Part shown: positions 52,126 to 64,000 of the stretch, piece by piece
Numbering within the stretch: the stretch's first letter is position 1
How the letters are laid out: each line of letters begins with the position of its first letter
Assembly: GCA_028534125.1 (NCBI GenBank)
Contig: CM052818.1
Location: 5,396,001 to 5,460,000, forward strand
DNA length: 64,000 nt
Reading direction: 5' to 3'
From: Lama glama
Lineage: Eukaryota
Program-made: the position numbers and the translations under genes
Notes under the pieces: model-generated
Database searches by the model: none
The model's input: the letters and a program-made list of their open reading frames with translations, nothing else
What the model was told of the DNA's origin: nothing

Positions 52126-54399
52126 AGCAGTCATTGTCACCATCATAATAATTATCATTATTCTTGGGGTTATCCTTTGCATCTGAGGTGCCATAGTTCT
52201 CTGAATTTTGGAGCAGATATCATTTAAGGTCTTCTTAGACAGTACACAACATGGGATGGTGGCTGAAGCATTAGATTGGGCTTAAGATACCTGACTCCTT
52301 GTAAACTGTACACAAATAAGTTCTAATTACAAGGGAACTCAAAGACCATTTTATCCAGCTATAGAATAAGGATGAAGAATTAGGTCCATTGAATCATGTT
52401 TCAAGGCCTGACATCTCTTCCTTGGTCCTCTCTGTACTCAAGCACACGTTTTCTGACTAGGGTGGAGAATGTGGTCTGTGCACATGATCTGGAATCACTG
52501 TGGTTCACTCCCACCTCATTATGACTGTGCATTAACTGTTGGAGCAGTCAAGACATAAACCCCACCAAGCTAATCAGAGCCTTCCACCAGCACCCAAAGA
52601 AGCACCTTGGTTTCACTCTCTCACTCAGAATTTTGTCCTCCTGTCCTTCATGGTCACACTACTAGCCGGCGTCCCCAAGATGCCACATAGGACATCTGAG
52701 TTATTTTGCAAGAGAATTGTTACATCAATCAGAAAAAGAGATACACTTCAACAGTAAATACAAAGCAAAAGAAGGGAAAAATCTGTCCAGTGAAAATCAG
52801 ACTATTCTTAAAGCCAATTCTATTTTATGAATGTACCATGATTTTCAAAGGTTGACAAACCTCGTTGCCTGGGTCTAGTTATTCCATCTGCCAAGCTAAA
52901 GACCATAAGGAGCTTGGAACCATAAGGAACAGAATGAATCAAGACCTAAAAGATACCACCAAACACCATCTTCATGGAATCAGCCTTGCCCAGAAAGAAG
53001 CCCAACCCAAGTCTTTACCAAACTTAACCAAACATAGGCAAATAACTCAATCTCGGTAGCTTAGCTCCAGAGAACTTCTTTTTACCAAAATCCATACAGA
53101 CCCAAACACCATAGCATGATTAGGATCTGCTTTTAAGTAGGTAATACATGGTTTTGTTTCATTAATGAAAGAGCCCTGTGTTGTCTGAAACAATAAAAAG
53201 AGACATTAACTTGGTCTGGGTTGCTATTTGAGCCTGAATTTTGAAAAGCTGTGTCTCTTAATTTCACCCTGAGTTTAAAATATGGCACACCTGGACAATC
53301 TGGTTCTCTCCAGGGAATGTACTAACTCTGGATTGTTTTATGCATTTGAAGTCTACCATATGGAGCAACTGTGTCATTAAGATGGGTGTTAAAAAGATTT
53401 GTTCGCTCAGCTAGATTTAGACAAATAATAATACTTGGCACTTATATAGTAACTTTCACCTGTCCATCTCAAAGTAAGCAATTTGTAAACACATATTGTT
53501 ACAAACTCTTTATAAAACAGACCTATAGTAGCTTTTTTTCTCTGTAGAAGACAGTTCCTGTACCATACAAGAAGTCCACACCAAGATAAGAAATGGTACA
53601 AAAATAGTGACAACAACAAAGCAGTCCACAAATATTAACTACAGACTGTCTTAAACAGGAACCACAATCTGTCCTCTCCTGGCAGAGAAAGAGGGGCCCA
53701 CATATATGGCAAGTATTTGTTTTCTTTTGTCTAACATGGGCTCCATCAAAACAAAATTTCACAATAATCAGAAATACTGTTACTCAAATTAACTGTGAAT
53801 GAAACTGGCTGAAACCTCACAACCGCTTTCACTTCAGTAATTCAATATTCTGACATTATATTAATATGTTTTAAGAATTAATAGGATTTTCCATAGTTGT
53901 CATACTGTTTGTATATCTTTCGGTTTATTTCTTAATAGGTCAGAACTCAGAGGTATAGAAGAGTGTTCATTGTGCCTTCCAAATAACTAATATTCCTCCT
54001 GGATTTAAATATGTGTGAAACTTGGTCAAAATACAATCTCTCGGAATTTTATATAGCTTTTCAGCCAAAAAAAAAAAGTTCTATGTCATTTTGGCAAATC
54101 AGTTATGAAAGTATATTTTGTTTGCTTTTTTATTTTTTTCAGCTACTCCCCTACCCTTCCTGGTAGCAGGGGACACAGTTGACTGTGTCTTGCACAGCAC
54201 TGAATGTGCGGGATGCTGTTTTAAGCCGTCTGATCAGAAACTTTACACCTGTCTCTATTGCTTTTCTGTTACGTGGATACAGGGACTTCTGTGAGGCTTG
54301 CCATCAGTTGGGAGGTGACATGCAGCTCTTTCCTAGTCTTAAATCCTACAAAAATAACTGGAATTTCTTCCATTTATCTACTTCCTATTCATATACGTA

Positions 54400-54730
54400 T
54401 CAGTATTAGCAGGAGAGTGGGTAGAAATGAGAACTTCTAAATTGTAAGAGATTGAGATGCACAGAAGCAGCTGGCAAGACAAATGAAAATAGACTGTCAA
54501 AAAAGTGGAAGCCTGATAAAAATAAGGGGGGGGGGCATAACATTCAAGAAGTGATACAGTTTTCCATTGCTGCTGAGAGGTCACAAAAGGTAACTTCTAA
54601 AAAGGTAACCATTGGATTTAGCTACCTGGAGGTCATTGTTGACCTTAACAATAGCAGATTCAATGAAGCACTGAGGGCAGAAACTAGGGTGGAAATGATC
54701 GAAGAATAAATGGGAAAAACTGGGCAAAGA
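54400..54730 (-). mobile_element. L2 fragment
   Basis: tgctgctgagaggtca...ccattggatttagctacctggaggtcattgttgacctt. Confidence 0.7.
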
Positions 54731-54799
54731 TGGTAGACCAATGACACATGCCTAATTTAGCTGTCATCTGAAATTCCACTGCAATAATAGGGAAGATAC

Positions 54800-55320
54800 T
54801 GTTGAAAAAGGGTGCTGAATCAGACAACAGCATGTAAAATTATGGATGCATTGTTCTAAAAAATCTCATTCCTGTGGATTTGTATTACAGATCAATCTGC
54901 ACATGTAAGGAAATTATCCACTGTGATATTATTTATAATAGCAAAAGATTAGAAACCATCTAAATGCCTAGAATAAGCGACTGTTGAATAAAGTATGATA
55001 TACCCACAAAGAATACCATCAGTTGTGAAAATTATAAAGACAGCCTCTATGTGCCTATTAGAAAAGACCTTCAAGGCAAAAGCAAGGGACAAAAATTTTG
55101 GTAGGAGAAAGGGAGACAGAAAAACAGCATATCCACATGTATTTGCTGAGTTTTGAATTTTTTTAAAAAAGTAACAATGAAATTAAAAATTAGAAGGGGA
55201 GAAAAGGGATAGGTTGGATGAGGAATGAGTGAAAGTGACATTCTCATTTAAACAGTTTTTGACTTTTCAAACTTGGTATTATATATTTTTGAGTAATGTA
55301 ATTGTATCATCTCTCAAAAA
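54800..55320 (+). mobile_element. Old L1 (L1ME-type) 3' region
   Basis: tttataatagcaaaagattagaaaccatctaaatgcc...gaataaagtatgatatacccaca. Confidence 0.7.
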
Positions 55321-55659
55321 ATAAAAAATATATAAACCGCTGGTTGGGGGTATAGAGACTAAAAAGAGCATAACTTTCACTATTGCAATTAAAAAAAAAA
55401 CAGAAAAATCACTAGTTTAAAACTTTCCTCAAAGCCATTAGAGAGTTGTAGTCACAGCGCTATCTAGTCTGAAATCTAAAGAGAGAGAGGTGGCTGCAGG
55501 GAGTGATAGGATGCGAGCCCTGCTTACCTGGGGCAGGCACAGATACAGGTAAGGAACAATCAGCTGGGGTTGTTAACACATTTGTGAAGAATGCTTGTAG
55601 GTTGATAAGAGGCTGTGAGGCCATTTCGGGCATATTAGAGGCAAAAGGCGCCCATTTCC

Positions 55660-56712
55660 ATACATAAAACTATTTACTTCAGTCTCCGGTATTCTACACA
55701 TGATTTCCAGTTTTCAACAAAAAAAATTATGAGACATGAAACAAAGCAATAAAAAATCATCAAGAGACCATACACTCAACAAAACCACACTCAGATATAG
55801 AACAGATATTTGAAATGTCAAAGAATTTAAAATAATCATGATAACTATATTAAAATCTCTAACGGAAAAGATAAACAAGAAAGATCAGGTGGATAATTTC
55901 AACATGGAGGAAAATATTAAAAAACCAAATGAAAATGCCATTAATTAGAATACAGTAACAGAATTTTTTAAATGCCTTCAAAGAGATCTTCAAGTAAATT
56001 TGACAGAATTGAAGAAAGAATCAGTGACCTTGAAGATAGATCAACAGAAATTACTCAAAATGAAACACAAACAGAAAAAACTGTTAAAATGAAAGAACAG
56101 AATATCCAAGAACTGTGGAACAATAACAAATGACCTAATGTGTGTATAATTGGAATCTCAAAATGCTGAAAGATTCATTGCTTTTACCATGAGACTGGGA
56201 AAAAGGGAAGAATGCCCTCTCTTAACACTGCTGTTCAATACTATATTGGCATTCTTACCCTGTGCAATAAAGCAAGAAAAAGAAATGAAATTCATACAGA
56301 TTGGAAAGGGAAAAATAAAACTCTCTCTATTCACAGACTACAAGCTCATATACATGAAAAATGCCAAAGAATCTATTTAAAAGCTCCTAGGTATGACAAT
56401 TGAGTTTTATCAGAAAAGTTGCATGATACTAGGTCAATAAGCAAAAATAATTTGTATTTATATATTCTAGCAATGAGCAATTGGAATACAAATTTTAAAA
56501 AATACCTATAACAGTGGATATAAAAAATGAAATTCTAAATATAAATCTAATAAAACATATTCGGAATCTGTCTTCTGAAAGCTATAAAACACTGATGAAA
56601 AAATCAAATAAGACTTAAATAAATGGAAAGCTATATCATGTTAATGGTTAGAAGACTTGATAATGATAAGGCAAGCACTAATTCTCCTAAAATTGATCTA
56701 TAGATTCAATGC
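55660..56712 (+). mobile_element. Old L1 with ORF1 joined directly to the ORF2 RT region
   Basis: ORF1-like gaaagaatcagtgaccttgaagatagatcaacagaaatt...tggaatctca, then an RT-like translation GKREECPLLTLLFNTIL...KLSLFTDY (canonical GTRQGCPLSPLLFNIVL...KLSLFADD). Confidence 0.85.
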
Positions 56713-58039
56713 TTTGTAGTTTTTGCTCACAAGTTTCTCGTGCAATACCGAAGTGTGGGGCAATTTGCCTCTCTATAACAACAAAATATGAAAAAAGCAT
56801 CTAAATACATCCCATAGGTTTACTGCCATTTATCTTGATTATAGTTTCTCAAGATGTTATTTACTCAGCTTCATCAGCCTTTTCAAATTTATTATTAGGA
56901 TCATCAGGCAGTAGTGTACTACCTGCCACACCCTCCGTGGTTTCAAGGGGTTCTAAACATTGCTGTTTTGCTCATTGAGGAATTATCTTCAGCAGTTGTT
57001 GGGACATTTATGTTCCAAGTGTGTTTATATCATTTAACTTTTTAAAGGCAAATAAAATACAACATGTCAATGCCAAATTCTAGAATTTCTTCTAGAAGTT
57101 CTTTGATATTACCAAGGAACCCACAGTGGAAGGAAACAGAACTAAAAATGGGAATGTTTGTAAATAGACATTTGAGTATAATTATAGCAGAAAGTTGAAC
57201 AGATATGTGGGAAACATTTTGTATGTGTATAATCAAATTTAAATACACTAGATCTCGGGGGACAAACTCATGTTCTCAAAATTCTAGCCATGCAAACCTT
57301 CTGGGTCCCACAAGGAAATCACCCTTCTAGCTTGTTATATCAGGAGACAGAGCACCAGCCCACTGGACCTGTCATAGTTCTATGGCCTCCCTCAAAGGAA
57401 TCCTCAGTTCTCTTTGATGGATCTGCAGCACTACTGTAATGAGTGGATAATGCCAAAGTACTAAATTTTGCAGTTATTCCCTGTGCATAAGTATCCTATT
57501 TTCTGTGCTTTTATGAAGAATTCAAAATTGTGTGACATGAAAAATGGAATTCTGCTAATTTTTCTGTATATGCAAAACCACTTTTACTCCCCCATTTTTT
57601 TCTCTCAGATCTTTACATAAGGTAGAGGCTCCTGGAAACACTGCCATGTTTGTCCTGTAACATTCATTACATGACACCCAGCCCTCTTTACTCAGCACAC
57701 CACCTAATCTCCAGGAGCACTTAGGTCAACATGAGAAGCAAAGCAATGCACCATGCTTTAGTGGCAACTGCCTGGTATCACATTCAACCACATCAAGATG
57801 CCCTAGTGAGTCATGACTAAATATCTGAAATTAGCAAACCAACAAATTTCTATGCAATATCCTATAAATCTATTTGCCTTTCAAAGTGAGACAGGAATAA
57901 AACTACCCCTAAAAACCACACATTGGTTGAGGCAAACATTACTTCCAATATATTATAACAGATTAAACTTCTCATTTCATTATATGTAAAATTTACATCA
58001 GAAGTAAAGAACTGAAAAGAAATATCAAATTCTAGTTAA

Positions 58040-58250
58040 TTGTATTCATGTTGAAATATTTAGAAGGACGTGTAACATCTATAATTTACTTTGAAATGCA
58101 ATAAATATATGATGACTGAATGGACAAAAAATACATGACAACCAAGCTTTGTCAAATGATAATGGTAGAATCTAGGTGGTATTGGTCATTATAAACTTCT
58201 TTCAACTTTGCTTTATGTTTGAAATTTTTCATATTGAAAGGTCGGGGAAG
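58040..58250 (+). mobile_element. L1ME-type extreme 3' end
   Basis: aatttactttgaaatgcaat...aatggtagaatctaggtggt...ctttcaactttgctttatgtttgaaatttttcat. Confidence 0.7.
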
Positions 58251-58556
58251 GAACTGACCATATACATGTGTATGTTCGGTTCTCTTTCAAGACTTTTTAT
58301 TCTGTTATTTATTTATTCTTCAGCTAATACCACACATTAAATTCTTCAAGATTATCTTCACTGTTTTCAGTCCTTTGCTTCAACTATAAATTTTAGAATC
58401 ACTTTGTCAATTTCTACAACAGTTTCTCTGAGATTTTGATTGGGATTGAATTGAATCTGTGGATTGATTTGGGGGGAATTTAATTTGTGAACATATTCTG
58501 TTCCTCTATTTATTTATCTCTTTAATATCTCTCAACAATGTTCTGACGCTTTTCAT

Positions 58557-59122
58557 TTCAGCTTTGATTTCCTCATTGATCCATTGTTTTTTCAATAACA
58601 TATTGTTTAATCTCCATGCTTTCCTTTTTTTCTCCTTTCTCTGTTGTTGATTTCCAGTTTCATGACATTGTGGTCAGTAAAGATGCTTGAGATAATTTCT
58701 ATCTTCTTTAAATTGTTGAGGTTTCTTTTGTGCCCAAGTACATGATCGATCCTGGAAAATGTTCCATGTGCACTTGAAAAGAATGTATATCCTATTTTTG
58801 GGGGGTGTAATGCTCTGAAAATATCCACCAAATCTAGTTTTTCTATTGTAGTATTTAATTTCTCTGTTGCCTGGTTTATTTTCTGTCTGGAAGATCTGTC
58901 TAGTGATGTTAATGCAGTGTTAAAATCTCCAACTATGATTGTATTCCCATCAATATCCCCCTTTATCTCTGTTAGTAATTCTTGTATGTACTTAGGTGCT
59001 CCTATATTGGTTGCATATATATTAACGAGTGTAATATCTTCATCTTGTATCACTCCTTTAATCATTATAAAATGTCCTTCTTTATCTTTCTTTATGGCCT
59101 TTGTTTTAAAGTCTACTTTGTC
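58557..59122 (-). mobile_element. Young internal LINE-1 ORF2 endonuclease-domain fragment with perfect 17-bp TSD
   Basis: DKVDFKTKAIKKDKEGHFIMIKG...NIYA...IVGDFNT...TFSRIDH...TDHN are APE-like EN motifs; identical gttctgacgcttttcat at 58540-58556 and 59123-59139. Confidence 0.95.
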
Positions 59123-59230
59123 GTTCTGACGCTTTTCATATAGAAATATTGAATCTCTTTTTGGTATGTTTTCTTTTAGGTATCAGGAAATTTTTAATTT
59201 AAAATTTTTTTTATTTTATTTTTGTTAGTA

Positions 59231-60061
59231 TATTAGCCCCCTCTTATTCATGAGGGAGCTGTTCCAAGACCCCCAGTGTATGCCTGAAACCACAGATAGT
59301 AGCAAACCCTGCACCTACAACTCTTTTTCCTATTCATACATACCTACAATAAAGTTTAATTTATAAATTAAGCACAGTAAGAGATTAGCAACAGTAATAA
59401 TAAAATAAAACAATTATAACAATATACTGTAAAAGGTTGCATATATGTGGTCTCTCTTTGTCAAAATATCTTATTTTACAAATTTAATGCCTTTTTCATC
59501 TCAACTAAGCACTGAACCATATACTGTGGCCGTAACTTAAGCGGTTTGAGATGTGACAGCAAAAGTAGCATGAATTTCTTTTTCCTTCTTCACAACTTCA
59601 CAGGTAGAAAATTCATTCTTACCATAGATCTTAGCAACCTCAGCATGTGATTTTTTTTTCTTATTAAGTTGGGAACTTTCACATTTGCAACATTTGCACT
59701 TAAAGGAAACACTTTACAGTTTCTCTTTAGCATATCTGAATTGCCAGCATCACTACCTTTGCAATTGGGAGCCACTATTAGGTAAAATAAGGGTTACCTG
59801 AACACAAGCATCAGATACCTTAACAGTCAATCTGATAACCCAGAGGGCTACTGACTAACGGGCAGAATACGCTAGACAAAAGGATGATTCACATCCCGGG
59901 CAGGACTGCACGCGATTTCATCACACTGCGCAGAACATTGCACAACTTAAAACTTAAGAACTGTTTATTTCTGGAAATTTCCATTTAATATTTTCAAACC
60001 ATGGTTAAGAGTGGGTAACCAAGGCCAGGGAAAGTGAAACTGTAAAAAAGGAGGACCACTG
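59231..60061 (-). mobile_element. Tigger7/MER44-family (TcMar-Tigger) internally deleted DNA transposon
   Basis: Flanked by TA dinucleotides, with degenerate TIRs (tagccccctcttat / aaaggaggaccactg). Minus-strand remnant MAPNCKGSDAGNSDMLKR..KVFPLS resembles the Tigger transposase N-terminal HTH. Confidence 0.88.
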
Positions 60062-60084
60062 TAGTACACAAAAATACAATAAAA

Positions 60085-60520
60085 AAATACCAGGGACCCT
60101 TCGAGAAAAGCTTAATTCTAGAACTGGAGCAAGAAACATACAAGATGAACCTGGAGCAACTAAGAGTGCCAAAAAGTAAGAAAGTTGGGGGAAAAAAAAG
60201 CAACATGGATGAAAGTTTGTTAAAAGACACAGGAGCCAACCGAAACAGCTCCCAAAGCTGGGACAGATGGAAAGTAAAGCAGTATTCGACTGACACCTAA
60301 GTTCAATCAAATACTCCTAAGTCCATGCTGATGTCAATATAGAGTAGATAAATAAACAAATCAAGGGGAAAAGACAAGTCTCTCATGCAGAAGAATTAAA
60401 AATAATTTTGGTAGGACACAGTCCTCAACAAAGGGGAGCATAAACTCCCATCTTTAAGTGTGGGCTACCCATTGTGAACTTCATCCAAAGACATAGAAGT
60501 GAGAGTGGGGGTAACTTTAC
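60085..60520 (+). mobile_element. L1MC/L1MD-type 3' UTR fragment
   Basis: ccagggacccttcgagaaaagcttaattctagaactggagcaag...ggggagcataaactcccatctttaagtgtgggct. Confidence 0.65.
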
Positions 60521-61729
60521 ACTGAGTGATGTTTTTCAAATGTCAAACCAATATGTGAATAAACTCTACTTGTTTGTGATGTATTATCTTTATTATAAGT
60601 CACTGGATTAAATTTTCTAAAGATTTTTTTATGATTTTATGATTTTTGATTTCATGAGAGAAGTTGACCTGTAATTTACCTCTCATATTATTTGTCAGGA
60701 TTTGATATCAAGATATTACTGATCCTGTAAATTAATTTGTGAATTGTTTCCTCTTTTCCTATTCTTTAAAAATGCATGTGTAATAATTGGCATTATTTCT
60801 TCTTTAAACTTGCAGAAGGATTGGTCAGTGAAACCATCTAGGTCAAAATATTTCACTGTGCTATGATTTAAATTACAGATTCATTAGTATTAGTATATCT
60901 AGGACTATTTATATTTTCTATTTCATCTTTTGTCAGGTTGGGTATATTCTGCATTTTTGTGATTAATTTTATTCCAAATCTTCAATGTTATTGTCATGAA
61001 GGAGCTCTATGTCTTCTATGTTCTGGATAGCTAAAGAACCTGTAATGATGTCTTATTTTAACTCGTGATGTTGGTTATTTACAACTGCCCTCTTTTTTTA
61101 TTCATCATACTTGCTAAGAGTTTATCAATTATGGGGTTTTTTTTATTTTTAAGATCCAGTTTGTGGTTGCCATATAACACTTCTAAAATCTAGTTGACCA
61201 TTCCAAAGAAATATATCCTTTCCCACACCCAGTATCATGGACTTCCCAAGTATTTATATTCAAAAGAGCATTAGAGTTTTAAAAAACACTAAAAAATGAA
61301 ACAAAATCAAATAAAATCCCCTTTTTAACACTGAGCACTTATATAGAGAGCAATGGAAGGCATTATGATAAGGAATAAAGACAGACAGACAGAAGCTAGT
61401 GTGCTTTGATGCAAGAAGTGATGATAACTAGTAAAAAATGCTTTCCTGTAGGTTGTCCAGTGGTCCCTCTGTGCTTCACTTGATATGAGACAGTCTGGTC
61501 AGGGAAGTACAAAAATGATGAAGTTCTCATCCCTTGAAGCCAATCAGTAAACTCTGGTAGGGATGATGAGGGACACCCATAAAGTTCCCTGGAAGATCTT
61601 AAGAATAAAAAGTTCTCTAACTGGTCTATCCGTGTGGAAGCTGGGAGTACTGGATTGAAACAGATGACTTCTTAAGGCTTCCTCTCGTTTGATTCATTCT
61701 TAATACTGAGAATAGAATCTGACTTATAA

Positions 61730-63866
61730 TATTGAGATTTTTTGGATTTATTTAAACATATGTACATTGAATTTCAGTAGTGAAACTGTCTTGAGAAATT
61801 CAAAATTCTATTAATGGATTATTGCCCTGTTAGACAAACATATCAAAACGCTATTTTAAAAAAAAGCTCACTGAACATGCTTAGCAGGAATTGGAACTTT
61901 TAGTATGTCTTGCATAACCAACATATTTAAAAGCATATATACATATGTACATATATATGCATATATACACATATATATATATGCCCATATGTCCTTCTGT
62001 TGAAAATAAAAACTAGTGTTGCTTAGGAATACTTATTTCCTGATAAAGCTACTCATTGACTTCTCTGCCAGATAAATGCAGCTTATAAATTGACACATTT
62101 CAGTCCATCTGTATGTACAGCATGTCCCACATCACAATGATAACACAGGCATCTTAACTCTAAATGAGACAAAACAAACATAAAATTAGCACTGGTGGGA
62201 ACCCACTGCCACTCAATTTGTGTTGGGTTTAACACCTTCTTATTTAATATATCCTTCCACATAAACAGTTTTATATTAGCCCCTGATAACGTGCCTTCCA
62301 ACAATTCAATGTTGAGCTGTTTAAAAGCACTAATTAGCAGCTTTAATACAGAAGGGAACATATGTATCAGAAAAATCCTGCAAACCCAGAATACCCTTTG
62401 GGCCCTGCCATTTGTGTGTGAAATAACTCAATAAAAATATATACTACATTGTTAATCACAAGACCTTCCAGGAATATAATCTATCACAGGAGAAATATAA
62501 ACTGTATCTTTATAAACAAAAGAAGAAAAATGATAACTTCCATTTAAGCTGAGCTTGGGAATCATCACAATGAGCAGATGCATTTATAAAACTAAGCACA
62601 CTTCATAATAATGATAAAAAATATTACAACTGTATATACATCCAATTGACATATACACATTACATTCAATTTTAGCACAACTGGCAACATATTTATTAAC
62701 ACTTCATTTATTTCTATCACTTCCAACAGTACCAAAGCCATATATACTTACCTATTAACTTTAACAGAAAATAAAATAAATAATCTTTTAGTACTTTACA
62801 GTATTTTAAAAATACAGAAACATATTTGATTTTCAAAGGATTCCAGGAACACATTTTTCTACAATCTGTAATGTTCACATAATCTAATTATTTCTTTTTA
62901 AGTAACATTAAAATAACCAGCTATTTATAACTGCAAGGGATGTTTTTTCTTCTCTCCAACTTTCTACATACCTTGATCAGATAGTTCTAGTTAATATTTC
63001 TAGTACATGTAAATAATTACATCCTGAGTGCTTTAAAATTACACTAATTCCTATACCATTAAGGAAGGAAAATGTTTCTAGTTTTTGATGCATTATAAGT
63101 GGGAGATATTAATTTCTAGATGAAATTATGCATAAGCAGGAGAAAGCTTTGTACTGAGATAACATTTAAACACAAAATGTTAAGTATCTCAGGAATTACA
63201 GATGATTAAAGGCAAACAGGACAACACAACCATATTGTATTTGGATTGTGGGACCCGCTCCCGTCTCTGCAATTTTCTACTCCCCAAAGTAAAAAGCATC
63301 TTTATATTTTAATATTGTTGAGCTGTCATGATAGTTGGTTTGAACAGTAGCAAACACTCAAAACCAAAGAAATGGCATATTTCAGTAAATATGTATATGC
63401 TATGTCATTTAAATGAATTATAAACAGTAGAATAACCTTTTTTGTTTTTATTTGCTAATATTTTGTCATTTGCACAAAACTGCCAGAAAGCAATGTCATT
63501 TCCAAAGCAAGTTTTGAAAACTTGAAGGAAATTAATTCATATCAAGTTACACATATTATTTACTAGTATAGTACTAATCGCACTTTCCTATTTGGGGTAA
63601 ATAGCTTTTTAAAACTATAGTGCGATGATGGAATTGCCCCTTTTTAAGTAGAAATTTCCACACAATAGGTAATTTCAATTCTTTCCAGCTTTATCGCACT
63701 AGTAGAAACAGATTTCACCAAAGACCTCACATATTTGCTATGAATGTATTTTAATGTATTTTCTCCCAAGGAATAAAGCTGGCTGACACACAAGTTTGTT
63801 TCTCCCCTCATGTCTGGGTGTTTCATGACGTAGAGTAATGAGTGTCTTACAGTGCGCTTAATGCAC
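61730..63866 (-). other. Probable 3' UTR of a minus-strand gene
   Basis: ~2.1 kb, free of recognisable transposons, U-rich on the minus strand, with several AATAAA (61747, 62692, 62707), directly downstream of a GC-richer open frame. Confidence 0.6.
61747..61752 (-). promoter_or_regulatory. Candidate distal polyadenylation signal (AATAAA)
   Basis: tttatt on the plus strand, with a UGUA element ~10 nt upstream on the minus strand; lies at the boundary between repeat-free UTR-like sequence and repeat-rich DNA. Confidence 0.45.
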
Positions 63867-64000
63867 TCAGCGTAGAGTATTTCTGGAAGCACACTGAGCA
63901 CTCCGTTTTGGGGGGCTGCTGCCGGGACACTGGCGAGCCGTTTCACATCGATGACTGGGAGTATGCTCAGAGTCAGCCAAGCCTTTTGGAGACAGATTCT
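63867..64000 (-). CDS. Probable C-terminal end of an unidentified protein-coding gene (partial; continues past the window)
   Basis: Frame from 63998 reads NLSPKGLADSEHTPSHRCETARQCPGSSPPKRSAQCASRNTLR*, with TGA at 63869-63867 where GC/CpG content drops. An overlapping frame stays open to 63644, so the frame is not certain. Confidence 0.5.
   Translation of the reverse strand, partial: NLSPKGLADSEHTPSHRCETARQCPGSSPPKRSAQCASRNTLR

Larger units (their letters stand above)
58340..61165 (-). mobile_element. Old antisense L1 ORF2 remnant hosting nested insertions
   Basis: gattttgattgggattgaattgaatctgtggattgatttggg (58430-58475) and ggtcagtgaaaccatctagg...agagtttatcaatt (60525-61165) are L1 antisense; interrupted by the elements listed below. 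Confidence 0.65.

Noticed and set aside
58607..59065. 152-aa ORF as a cellular endonuclease gene
   Set aside because: It is an L1 ORF2 fragment lacking its N-terminus and promoter, and bounded by TSDs.

Overview
Mammalian non-coding genomic DNA. It is probably camelid (camel/alpaca/llama), inferred from the L1 3' UTR sequence and a tRNA-derived SINE with an AAAC/CCTAATTACC tail. Most of the window is intergenic. It carries many old repeats (MIR, L2, MaLR, hAT MER3/5/20/33/58, Tigger7/MER44, L1M), several younger L1 3' fragments and a solo ERV LTR. The only gene-like signal is at the right edge: the probable last ~43 codons and a ~2.1 kb AT-rich 3' UTR of an unidentified minus-strand gene. The ORF track is otherwise chance ORFs, microsatellite translations or transposon remnants. 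I found no intact novel protein-coding system. The most unusual structures are: (1) an unassigned ~250 bp inverted repeat pair (about 85% identical, ungapped over ~214 nt) bracketing 1.6 kb, with one arm later hit by a SINE; (2) a very young, tail-less internal L1 endonuclease fragment between perfect 17 bp target-site duplications (TSDs); (3) a multiply rearranged L1 insertion with a SINE-like tail; (4) a fold-back palindrome inside an L1. Repeat family names come from my recall of consensus sequences, not from a database search, and boundaries of old repeats are approximate.
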